Positions 31,527 to 40,995 of a stretch of 64,000 bases of DNA are shown one piece after another (position 1 is the stretch's first letter; each line of letters starts with the position of its first letter). The position numbers and the translations under genes are program-made. Under the pieces are notes generated by a model that saw only the letters and a list, made by a program, of their open reading frames with translations, did no database searches and was not told where the DNA came from. The stretch is from Bryobacterales bacterium (GTDB lineage: Bacteria; Acidobacteriota; Terriglobia; Bryobacterales; UBA6623). The stretch is taken from the NCBI GenBank assembly GCA_965224215.1, contig CBDCYS010000027.1, positions 10,304 to 74,303 on the forward strand, read 5' to 3'.

Positions 31527-32557
31527 GATGGGTATCCGGTTGACTCAGGTAGCCCCAATATCTTGTGGTTTGGGGATTTTCTTGGGTTCTGTAACCGGGT
31601 GAACAATCATCTTGTAAGTCGCCGGATCCACGGCTACCGCCTGCTGGACGAGCCGATAGAAGAGTTTGCCGCGGCTTTTGGATTTGCGGCGGTTGAAACG
31701 GAAGGTGAACTCGTCCAGGTAGTAGTCCAGATGTTTGTGGCTCACGGCGCCCTGATGGGTGCCCAGCAGCCAGCGCTTGAGCAGTGACATCACGCGGTGG
31801 ACGCGGGGCATCAATTCCGACGCGGACTGCTCCTGCCTGCTGACAACTGTGACCTGATGGACGTAGCCTTCCTTTTTCAACCCGGAGTAACCGGGCCAGC
31901 CGTCGGTATGCACCACGCTGCCCGGCTCGATGCACTCCTCCACGAAAGGCAACAGGCTCTCGCCCGAGGCATCCTCGATTCTCTTCATGCGAATCCGGCC
32001 GATACCCCACCCATCCTCTTGAGCGGCTACTGCGATCAATGCTTTGTTTTTCAGGTTTCGGCCCCGCAGGCCCTCTTCGAGCCCGCCCCAGTAGCTTTCA
32101 TCGACTTCCACCGTCCCGGCCAGCAAATCCCGTCCCGGCCGCACCATCGCGCGCCGCATTTTGTGCAGCCAGGTCCAAGCCGTTTCGTACCTGTTGAGCC
32201 CCAACACTCTTTGCAGTCCCAAAGCGCTGGCTCCGGTCTTTTGGGTGGTGACCCACCACATCGCACGAAACCACAACGGCAAAGGGCTGCGCGTGTCCTG
32301 AAAGATGGTCCCGGCGGTCACCGAGGTTTGGCGCCCACACGCAGCGCACTGCAGCAGCACTTTTCGCAAAGGCCACGACTTTCCACAACCGCAACCCGGA
32401 CAGCGGAAACCGTCCGGCCAGCGCAGCCGGAACAGATACTCCCGGCAGGCCTCCTCACTGCTAAAACGGGCCTCGAACTCTGTCAGGTTCTGAGGGTAAT
32501 CTTCCATCTGCCGGCATACTACATCTTGGGGCTACCTGAGTCAACCGGATACCCAAC
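31527..32557 (-). mobile_element. IS1595-family element type A, copy 2
   Basis: Same TIRs as 14959-15988; 8-bp TSD ATAAGGAA (31519-26, 32558-65). Confidence 0.95.
31545..32507 (-). CDS. IS1595-family transposase (intact)
   Basis: 320 aa; Zn ribbon, VEVDE, HTDG, YLDEFTFRFNRR. Confidence 0.95.
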   Translation of the reverse strand: MEDYPQNLTEFEARFSSEEACREYLFRLRWPDGFRCPGCGCGKSWPLRKVLLQCAACGRQTSVTAGTIFQDTRSPLPLWFRAMWWVTTQKTGASALGLQRVLGLNRYETAWTWLHKMRRAMVRPGRDLLAGTVEVDESYWGGLEEGLRGRNLKNKALIAVAAQEDGWGIGRIRMKRIEDASGESLLPFVEECIEPGSVVHTDGWPGYSGLKKEGYVHQVTVVSRQEQSASELMPRVHRVMSLLKRWLLGTHQGAVSHKHLDYYLDEFTFRFNRRKSKSRGKLFYRLVQQAVAVDPATYKMIVHPVTEPKKIPKPQDIGAT

Positions 32558-33014
32558 ATAAGGAAAACAATTCACCGCGTCCCCAGCTAGTTGCAGCACG
32601 CTGGATTGCGGGCCTGACACGTTTTAGCCAGAAAACGATCTACAAGGCTGCGAGGGACGAAAAGTTGCCGGGGGCGGTACGCACGTCCTCGGCAGTCTCA
32701 GGTTCAACCGCAACTCTGTCTTGGAGTTTCGGTGGAAGACCGACTCCAAGTTCTAACTTCACCGAGAAAACTTTAATCGAAATCAGTCAACTGGGCACAC
32801 TCGACCTTTTCAGGTAACGAGCGAGTCCGGTGAGGTCTTTGTGCGCGTGGGCGTAGTGGCTCGATTTGGAATGATCCAATGCCGCTTGACCCAAGGATAG
32901 CTCGGGGCGACATTTAGGTGGTGCGCCTAGCCTCAAGAGAATGTGCTCTAGGCCGTCTAGGAGGCTCTTCTTTGAGCGGGAGTGTGGATCAAAGAAACGT
33001 GGCAGGAGGAAAGT

Positions 33015-33860
33015 GTGAGTAAGTCACCTGCATTTCAGTTCTATCCGAAGGACTGGCTCAGTTCGCAGCGGGTAGCGGCGATGAGCTCAGCCGAGAAAGG
33101 GGTCTACATCGACCTATTGTGTCATGCGTGGCTCGCGGACGACTGCGGGCTACCGGACGACGACAAGGTACTTTTGCGCCTATCTAAAGCCGACCATCGA
33201 AAGGGCGCAAAGTTGATCCAATGAGTGAGGCGCATGTTCCAACCACTGGACGGGCGACTTTTCAATGACCGACTACTGGAGGAGAGGGCTAAGCAGCAGA
33301 GAAAGAGGGAGTTAGCGAGCAAGGCTGGCCAGGCATCGGCAGTAGCGAGGCAACGGGTGTTCAGCGGACATTTAACGGACGTTTAACGGAAACTCAACTC
33401 TTCTTCTTCCACCCCAGTAAAGCCTATAGTCCCTTTGGACGGAAACCCAACCGAAGGCGTTTCGGAAACGGCTGTCGCCGAGTTCCGGGAAGCCTACCCA
33501 AGGCCCGACAGACTCAACGCATACCTCGTCGAGACGGAGTTCGCCGAGGCTGTGCAGCGGCACTCGGTGGAGACGATCATGGCCGGAGTCGAGCGCATAA
33601 AGCGGAGTAGCCGACTCGTGAAGTTCCTGCCGACAGCACCGGACTTCCTGAGGGAGGACAGGTTCCTAGAGAAGTGGACGGATGACTGCTTGGAGCCCAA
33701 CCCACTACCTGAGCTAAGCGACGAAGAGCTGGGCTGTGAAGGACGCGGGCCGTGGTGCGCGGACTGGAGCGAGGAGGAGCAGAAGGACTGGGAGAAGCGA
33801 TATAGCGGGGAGGGGGAGGCTGATAGTGGGACGCCGGATGATGACAGTGGGACATCTTGA
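33015..33860 (+). pseudogene. Phage replication initiator (YdaU/DUF1376-like N-terminus) with premature stops
   Basis: SKSPAFQFYPKDWL, GVYIDLLCHAW, LPDDD. TGA at 33222 is followed by in-frame RLFNDRLLEER. C-terminal EFREAYPR..FLP.A..FL...RF. Confidence 0.75.
33350..33398 (+). repeat. 11-bp-period iteron-like repeats inside the initiator gene
   Basis: GCAACGGGTGT TCAGCGGACAT TTAACGGACGT TTAACGGAAAC TCAAC. Confidence 0.6.
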
Positions 33861-34209
33861 AGCGGCTCTTGGCGAGCTGGAGAATGGCCAGGTGTTGCAT
33901 CAGTTGCACGAACTCATGAAGCATCTGGACAGGTACCAGGAAATAGCGACGCAGCTCGGTGCGCTGCCTGTGCGGATTCCGGGACAAGCCGATCAGCATT
34001 CCGGGATGAAGCCGATCACGATTCCGGGATGATGCCGATCAGCATTCCGACGGGATGCCGATCACTGATCGGGTGTTTTCGGAATGGTGATCGGGAGGTC
34101 GGAATCGGGTTGAGGAGACCACCCGCGACTCGGTAAGACGAACGAGCCGGGCTCTCCCGCGAGGGAGCGAGCGACGCTGGACGATCCGGCGGCGCGATGC
34201 CCTCCACTG

Positions 34210-35838
34210 ATGAGTGGAGGAAACATCGTGCCGCAAAAGAGATTGTCCATGCGCAAGACCAAAGAAGTTCTCCGTCTCCATTACGAGCTGGGACTCGGGC
34301 AGCGCCAGATCGCCCGCTGCTGCTCGATCTGGCAGAGCACTGTCCACGACTACCTGAGGCGGGCCGAGTCCGCCGGTCTGCCATGGCCTCTGCCGCCCGA
34401 CTGCGACGAGGCCCAGCTCGAAGAGCGCTTGTTCGGCGGACGTGCGGTGCCGCCACCGGGTCATCGGGGTCAGCGCCGCGCCGAACCCGACTTCGCCGCG
34501 ATTCATGAGCAACTGCAAATGCACAAACATGTGACCTTGCAGTTGCTGTGGGAAGAGTACATCGAGGCTGATCCCAAGGGCTACCGCTACAGCCGTTTCT
34601 GCGAACTCTATCAGCGCTGGCGTCGCAAGCTCGACGTTGTTCTCCGCCAGCAACACCGCGCCGGCGAAAAGCTCTTCGTCGATTACGCCGGGGCGACGGT
34701 TGCCGTCGAGAACCCCCAGACGGGCGAAGTCCGTGCAGCGCAGATTTTTGTTGCTGTCCTCGGGGCCAGTTCTTACACTTACGCCGAAGCCACCTGGAGT
34801 CAGGATCTGGCGAACTGGACCGGCTCGCACATGCGCGCCTTCGAGTTCTTCGGCGGCGTACCAGAGATCGTTGTGCCCGACAACCTTCGTGCCGGGGTGA
34901 GCCGCGCCTGCCGCTACGAACCCGATCTGAACCGCAGCTATCAAGAGATGGCGGCACATTACGGCGTGGCCGTTGTGCCCGCTCGTCCACGCAAGCCGCG
35001 CGACAAAGCCAAGGTCGAGGCCGGAGTGCAACTGGTCGAACGCTGGATTCTCGCGGCGCTACGTCACCGCCGTTTCACCAGCCTCATCGAGCTCAACCAA
35101 GCCATCGCCGAACTTCTCGAGAGAGTCAACCAGCGCCCGTTCCGCAAACGCTCGGGCTCACGCGCCAGCTTGTTCGAATCTGTTGACCGGCCGGCTCTGA
35201 AACCCCTCCCCGTCGAGCGTTACGAGTTTGCCGCGTGGAAGACCGCCAGAGTGAACATTGATTACCACGTCGAGATCGAGCACCACTATTACTCTATTCC
35301 CTATCAACTGGTGGGCCGGCAGGTCGAAGTCCGTTTGGCCGACCGCACCGTGGAGATCTTCCACCGTGGCCAACGGGTGGCTTCGCACGTGCGCAGTCGG
35401 GAGTCCTATCGTCAAACCACCGTTCACGAACACCGCCCCAAGTCGCATCAGCAGCACCTGGAGTGGACGCCTTCCCGGTTGATCGATTGGGCCCAGACCG
35501 TCGGTCTCTCCACTGCGCAAGTGTTTGCAAAGATCCTGGACGCCAAGCCTCATCCGGAGATGGGCTATCGCTCCTGCTTGGGCATCTTGCGGCTCAGCAA
35601 GACCTACTCCGCCGAGCGCGTCGAGGCCGCCGCCAAGCGCGCTCTGCGCTTCGACGCCTGTTCCTATCAAAGCCTCAAGTCGATGCTGGCCCACGGACTC
35701 GACCGCCAGTCCCTCGACGAATCACCGCCCGAGCGTGCTCCCGTCGAGCACGCCAACCTTCGCGGGGCGCAGTACTTCGATCCACCCGCCCTGCTGCAAG
35801 CACTCGATCTTGCCACCCGAGAGGAGAACCGATGCTGA
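34210..35838 (+). CDS. istA: IS21 transposase IstA
   Basis: [41 protein letters not shown]...HYYS.P. Confidence 0.95.
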   Translation: MSGGNIVPQKRLSMRKTKEVLRLHYELGLGQRQIARCCSIWQSTVHDYLRRAESAGLPWPLPPDCDEAQLEERLFGGRAVPPPGHRGQRRAEPDFAAIHEQLQMHKHVTLQLLWEEYIEADPKGYRYSRFCELYQRWRRKLDVVLRQQHRAGEKLFVDYAGATVAVENPQTGEVRAAQIFVAVLGASSYTYAEATWSQDLANWTGSHMRAFEFFGGVPEIVVPDNLRAGVSRACRYEPDLNRSYQEMAAHYGVAVVPARPRKPRDKAKVEAGVQLVERWILAALRHRRFTSLIELNQAIAELLERVNQRPFRKRSGSRASLFESVDRPALKPLPVERYEFAAWKTARVNIDYHVEIEHHYYSIPYQLVGRQVEVRLADRTVEIFHRGQRVASHVRSRESYRQTTVHEHRPKSHQQHLEWTPSRLIDWAQTVGLSTAQVFAKILDAKPHPEMGYRSCLGILRLSKTYSAERVEAAAKRALRFDACSYQSLKSMLAHGLDRQSLDESPPERAPVEHANLRGAQYFDPPALLQALDLATREENRC

Positions 35839-36596
35839 CTCAACAGACTCTGGAAAAGCTCTACACGATGAAGCTCAACGGCATGGCGGACGCCTTCCGC
35901 CAGCAGCAAGAAGACACCGATATCGCCAGCCTCAGCTTTGAGGAGCGGTTTGGCTTGCTGGTCGACCAGCAGTGGATCTGGAAAGAAAACCGCGCCTTGG
36001 CCCGTCGCTTGGCTGGTGCTAAGTTCAAGCTCTCGGCGGCGGTCGAAGACATCGACTTCCGCCATGCGCGCGGTCTCGACCGCAGGCTGCTGCGCAGCCT
36101 TACCAGCGAGTCCAGCTGGGTACGGCAGCATCAGAACATTTTTCTTTTAGGTCCGACCGGTATTGGAAAAAGTTATCTGGCCTGTGCTTTGGCGCAAAAA
36201 GCTTGCCGCGATGGCTTCACCGCGCTGTACACACGTGCGTCCCAACTGTTCCGTGACCTAGCCGTGGCCCGCGCGGACGGCAGTTTGCCGCGCCGCTTGC
36301 TGCGGCTGGCTCACATCGAAGTCCTCATCGTTGACGACTGGGCCATGGCACCGCTGGGCGACGTCGAACGGCGGGACTTCTTGGAGATCTGCGACGACCG
36401 TTATCAGAGGCGCTCGACCATTCTGACCAGCCAGTTGCCGGTCGCCAAGTGGCATGCACAGATCGGCGATCCCACCCTGGCCGACAGCATTCTCGACCGT
36501 CTGGTGCACAACGCCCACCGCATCGAGCTACAGGGCGAATCGATGCGCAAGAAGCGGGCCCGCAAGGAAGCTGCGAGTGAGGAGGTGAACTCGTGA
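35832..36596 (+). CDS. istB: IS21 helper ATPase IstB
   Basis: Walker [42 protein letters not shown]. Confidence 0.95.
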   Translation: MLTQQTLEKLYTMKLNGMADAFRQQQEDTDIASLSFEERFGLLVDQQWIWKENRALARRLAGAKFKLSAAVEDIDFRHARGLDRRLLRSLTSESSWVRQHQNIFLLGPTGIGKSYLACALAQKACRDGFTALYTRASQLFRDLAVARADGSLPRRLLRLAHIEVLIVDDWAMAPLGDVERRDFLEICDDRYQRRSTILTSQLPVAKWHAQIGDPTLADSILDRLVHNAHRIELQGESMRKKRARKEAASEEVNS

Positions 36597-37337
36597 AACC
36601 GCGCCTTACCCTCAAGCACTCCACGGGTTGGTTCGCCGCCGGGCGCGAGATGCAGCAGGCGTTAGGGATACTTTCCGACGGCGCCTTCAAGTTGTATGTC
36701 TACGTGTGTCTTCATGCTGAGCGCCACAGCGCTCGGCTGCGGTTTCGTCATAGCCGCTTGGCGCACTCGCTGGGCAAGAGTCCTCGCTCCATCAGTAGCT
36801 ATCTGAATGAGCTCAGCCGCCAGGGCGTGTGTCAGGTTCAAGCTGCTGCCAACCAGCACCAGATGGGTTCGATCGAGATCGCCGATCGCTTCTGGCCGTA
36901 CCACAAGCAGCTCTCTGGGACACCGGTTTGCGACCAGACCCGCTACATCGAACGCGTCCGGCAGCTCTTGCCGAGCCGGGCCTGCGTCCAAGGGACGTTC
37001 AGCGCGGCCGACGAGAAGCTTGCTGTGGAGCTGTATCAGCGTCACGTACCGCTGGAGCGCATCGAGCGGGCTTATCTGCTCGGCTGCGCCCGCAAGTACA
37101 TCGCACTGCTCAACCATCCGAGGGCAGCACTCATCTCCAGCCTGCACTACTTCACCGCGCTGCTCCGTGAGCTGGAGGATCTGAAGGTATCACCTGTACT
37201 GGTCCTATCTGAGCCACAAGGTGGACCGCCTCGAACAGAGCTGGCAGCGAGACTCGGCGGCCGTGCCGGTTGGTCCCGCAAACTTTGCGCCACCAAATCG
37301 GCGCTCAGCAACCCAAAACAAAGGAGAAACGAGATGA
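36593..37337 (+). pseudogene. Third ORF inside IS21 (HTH-containing), frameshift near 37195
   Basis: GTGA overlap with the istB stop and GAGGAGG RBS. LSDGAFKLY..LA..LGKS.RSI..YL.EL wHTH pattern. The alternative frame continues YWSYLSHKVDRLEQSW to TGA 37337. Confidence 0.7.
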
Positions 37338-37564
37338 TGATGACTGACCGATCCGGGGAGAAAACGACCCCGATACTTGACCGAAGCCGATCACTTCGAA
37401 GAAGATGAACACACCAGCGTCGCTTCGCTCCGAACTGATCGCCATCAGATCGGAATCACTGATCGACATCGCCGGAATCGCCAGCCTGGTGCCTGATTGC
37501 AATTAGTGAATCTACGGAGCCTTGAACTGATGAATTGGATGACCGACGGAGGACTGATCAACTT

Positions 37565-37837
37565 ATGAGGGACGCTTTCAACTTTGACGTGTTGATTGAC
37601 GCTTTGGCTGGCCGTCTGGCGCGGAAGCTGCGGACGGAGGGTTCTCAGGGAGCCGACGGACCTGCTATTCGCCCGCGCTTACTGACAGTCGAGCAGGCGG
37701 CTACCTAACTCGGACGCACGAAAACGAGCGTCCAGCATTTGATCTCCGCTAGCGCGATTCCCGTGGTCAGACACGACCGCAGGGTTTTCCTGGATGTGCG
37801 GGATCTCGACCGCTGGATCGACTCAGCAAAGATGTAG
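37565..37837 (+). pseudogene. Excisionase (HTH_17-like) with internal TAA
   Basis: RLLTVEQAAT*LGRTKTSVQHLI....IPVVRHDRRVFLDVRDLDRWI, directly upstream of the integrase. Confidence 0.8.
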
Positions 37838-37850
37838 TATCCTTCGAGCC

Positions 37851-39070
37851 ATGCCACGCAAGCCTCAGTTTGGACGAATCTACAGGCGCAAGAAGCGCCT
37901 ACCTGACGGAGACCTCGCGGAACTGAAGACCTGGACGATCGAGTACTACGTCAACGGAAAGCAGATACGCGAGAGCAGCAAAAGCAAGCGGTACAAGGAC
38001 GCGGAAGCGCTGCTGCGCAAGCGGATTCTCGAAATCGACACGGGAGCATACGCGGGACCGAGCGCCCAACGGGTGCTCGTTTCCGAGCTGCTCGACGACA
38101 GACTGAAGCACTACCAACGACACTATCCGAAGTCTCTGGAGTGGGCTGAGATCGTGGATGGCCACCTGAGACCATTCTTTCGGGACATCCGAGCCGCCGT
38201 GTTGGGAACGTCTCATATAGACACCTACATGGCACACAGGCGAGAGCAGGGCGTCTCGAACAGCACGATCAACCGTGAACTGGCACAGCTTCGGCGGGCG
38301 TTCTCACTTGGTCGTGAGGATGTCCCTCCAAAGGTTGTGCTGATCCCGCGAATCCCCCACTTGCCTGAAGCGCCACCTCGAAAGGGATTCTTTGAACATC
38401 ACGAATTTGTTGCGTTGCGGTCAGAGCTGCCTGAACCGCTGCGGCCGATCATCACCTTCGGCTACCTAACAGGGTGCCGTAAAGGAGAGATCATCCGCCT
38501 TCGATGGGACCAGTTTGATCTGAGCGAACGGATCGTTGACCTCGGCCCCGACCAAACGAAGAATGGGGAGCCGAGGACTCTGCCGCTTTTCGGTGAGTTG
38601 TACGAGATGATCCTAATGATCAGTGAAAGACGCCGGCACTACTGGCCACAATGTGAATGGGTGTTCACTCGTGATGGCCGGGAAAGAATCAGAGACTTCC
38701 GAGGTGCTTGGGAAGAAGCCGCAAAGCGGGCCGCAAATGCGAGAAAGCGACCCTGTGAAGAGCCTGTGGGACTTTTCCCGAAACAAGCCGGCGAAGCTGT
38801 TTCACGATCTGCGCAGAACCAGAGTGCGGAATCTGGTTCGAGCCGGAGTGCCGGAAGCCGTCGCGATGCGAATCTCAGGGCACAAGACGCGGTCAGTCTT
38901 TGAGCGCTACAACATCGTAAGGACGCGGGACCTGCATGAAGCCGCAGCGAAGCTAGAGCGGCACATCAGAGAACTTGAAAACGCCCGCGACAAGGACACT
39001 TTAAGGACACCTCGTAGAATTTCGGATGAGCCACCCCATTTTCGCCTGGAGCCTCTTCCGCCACGCACTG
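37851..39070 (+). pseudogene. Phage-type tyrosine integrase, frameshifted near 38745
   Basis: TINREL, TGCRKGEI, TKNGEPR in one frame; [27 protein letters not shown] in another. The 3' limit is approximate. Confidence 0.85.
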
Positions 39071-39365
39071 CTAGGAGTCTGTCCCGCAAGTGCCGGACGA
39101 GGAGCGGAGGGGTCATCTCGGATCCATGCCTGTTGCGGCTTGGTGCAGTACCGCCCTGTCAAGGCTTAGCAATGTGATGGTTCGTTTCCCTAGGGCTGAC
39201 GCCCTAGGCTGTTATTCTTTTGCCGCTTCGCGGCTTTTGTTCCGCGCTTTCCGTCGCCGACAGCAGGCCGTCCCATGTACTCGCGGCCCAAACAAGCGTC
39301 GAGATGAGTCTCGACGCGGCAAGCCCGGGGGCTCGCGCCACGTCGGGTACCGAGGCCCCGTGCTC

Positions 39366-39531
39366 AGGTGGCGAGACAAGTGCGTAAGAGGCGCGTCAGT
39401 ACGAGGCGCGCGCCGCTTGACGAGCGCAGGCGAACTCAGACAGTACGTTGAGCACGGCGAGCAAGCGCAACGAAGTAATGGTGGGCCTATTGCGTGCTTC
39501 GACCGTCAGGTGGCGAGAAATGCGGGCCTAG
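39366..39531 (+). mobile_element. MITE family copy lacking one terminal repeat
   Basis: Closely matches the reverse complement of 51291-51455. Confidence 0.8.
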
Positions 39532-39534
39532 CCC

Positions 39535-40882
39535 CAATACTCTTCACTTCAGAACATTTCTGTGGCATACTGTTTCGGAGAACAGGAGGTCTCAGATGGC
39601 ACGAACGAGAGCAGCACTGCCGCCCGGCAGTCGCATTACCGACTACATCAGCTTGGGCGTGATCGCGCACTGGTTCCCGCGTCACGCGGTCGATCGCGTC
39701 TTGCGAGACTGCGGCCGGGCCTCGCGGCGACAACGCGACTTGCCGGCACCTGTCATGGTCTACTACGTCATCGCCCTGGCGCTGTATATGCAGTCGTCCT
39801 ACCGCGAGGGGCTGCGTTGCCTGCTGGAAGGATTGCAGTGGCTGCAGGATCCCGCTGCGCCGCTCAAAGTGGCGGGCGATTCGGGGATCTCGCAAGGCCG
39901 TTCGCGATTGGGGGTCGAGCCGGTCGAGCAGTTGCACGACGAGTTGGTGCGACCGTTGGCGACGAAAAAGACGTGCGGATTGTTTTATCGGGAATGGCGT
40001 TTGGTTTCGCTCGACGGTTCGACGCTCGATGTCGCCGATCAGGCCGCCAACCGCACGGCGTTCGGCTATCCGGGCGCCTCGCGGGGAGCCAGCGCGTTCC
40101 CGCAACTGCGCTTCGTCTCGTTGCTGGAGAACGGCACGCACGTGCTGTTCGCCAGCCGCATGGGGCCCTGCGCGAGGGGCGAGATCACGCTCGCCAAACA
40201 GGTTCTGCCGGCGCTCGCGAAGGGCATGCTGTGCTTGGCGGACCGCAATTTCCTCGGCTATCAGCTGTGGCGGCAAGCACGCGAGACGGGCGCGCACCTG
40301 CTGTGGCGAGCCAAGAAACATCTGCGCTTGGACGTGCTCGAGCGCTTCGCCGATGGCTCCTACCGCAGCGCGATCTACGCCTCGGAAGCCGACCGGCGCA
40401 AGCGCCGGCGGTGGAGTTGGCGGCGCTGTACTCGGAACGCTGGGAGATTGAGGGGGCGCTCGACGAACTCAAGACGCATCTGCGCGGCGCGCGGATCGTG
40501 CTGCGCAGCAAGACGCCGGAGTTGGTGCGGCAAGAGTTCTACGGATTACTGATGGCGCATTTCGCGATCCGCGGGTTGATGCACGAGGCGGCGCTGCGCG
40601 CCGACGAAGATCCGGATCGATTATCGTACCTGCATGCGGTGCGGGTCGTACGACGCAAGCTGGCCCGCGCGGTCGCGATCCCCCCCTCGGGACAAGGAAG
40701 CGTTTGATGAGGCGGTCTTGAGGGAACTCCTGGACGAGCGCGTGCACTCGAGCCGGGGGATGCGACGTCCGCGTGGCGTCAAGCGCAAGATGAGCAGCTA
40801 CAAACTGCGACCACCTGGCGCGCTGTCCCGTGAGCGGACTGACTTCGCATCGTGCGTCAGGATACTTAAGTGAAGAGTATTG
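39535..40882 (+). mobile_element. IS4-family element; transposase (from 39596) frameshifted and internally deleted
   Basis: TIRs CAATACTCTTCACTT / AAGTGAAGAGTATTG. SLDGST, LADRNF, and Y..RWEIE...DELK in a shifted frame. Confidence 0.9.
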
Positions 40883-40909
40883 CGGCTAGCTAGTGAAGGG
40901 GTTGGCGGA

Positions 40910-40936
40910 AAGGGCGTAGCCCGCTACGCCCCTACA
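40910..40936 (-). repeat. REP-like palindrome
   Basis: Minus strand GTAGGGGCGTAGCGGGCTACGCCCTT: GTAG plus a GC hairpin. Confidence 0.7.
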
Positions 40937-40995
40937 GCGGACCGATCGGGTCGGAAGTGTTCACGACGTGGTGAGAAATGCAGGCTAACCCTAGG

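Larger units (their letters stand above)
31428..32756 (+). pseudogene. Excisionase-type HTH gene interrupted by IS1595 type A
   Basis: Removing the IS and one TSD restores the frame ...GVDKE|NNSPRPQLVAARWIAGLTRFSQKTIYKAARDEKLPGAVR. A further shift gives LGSLRFNRNSVLEF. GAGGAG RBS. Confidence 0.65.
33971..37483 (+). mobile_element. IS21-family element with three ORFs
   Basis: Ends TGCGGATTCCGG...CCGGAATCGCCA, multiple subterminal ATTCCGGGATGAxGCCGATCA repeats, and a 5-bp TSD GCCTG (33966-70, 37484-88). Confidence 0.93.

Noticed and set aside
14959-32557. Composite transposon bounded by IS1595 pairs
   Set aside because: Each of the four IS copies has its own matching TSD, so they are independent insertions.
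33971-34070. CRISPR-like short repeat array
   Set aside because: The ~19-bp repeats have no unique spacers and are the subterminal repeats of IS21. No cas genes or CRISPR array were seen in the window.
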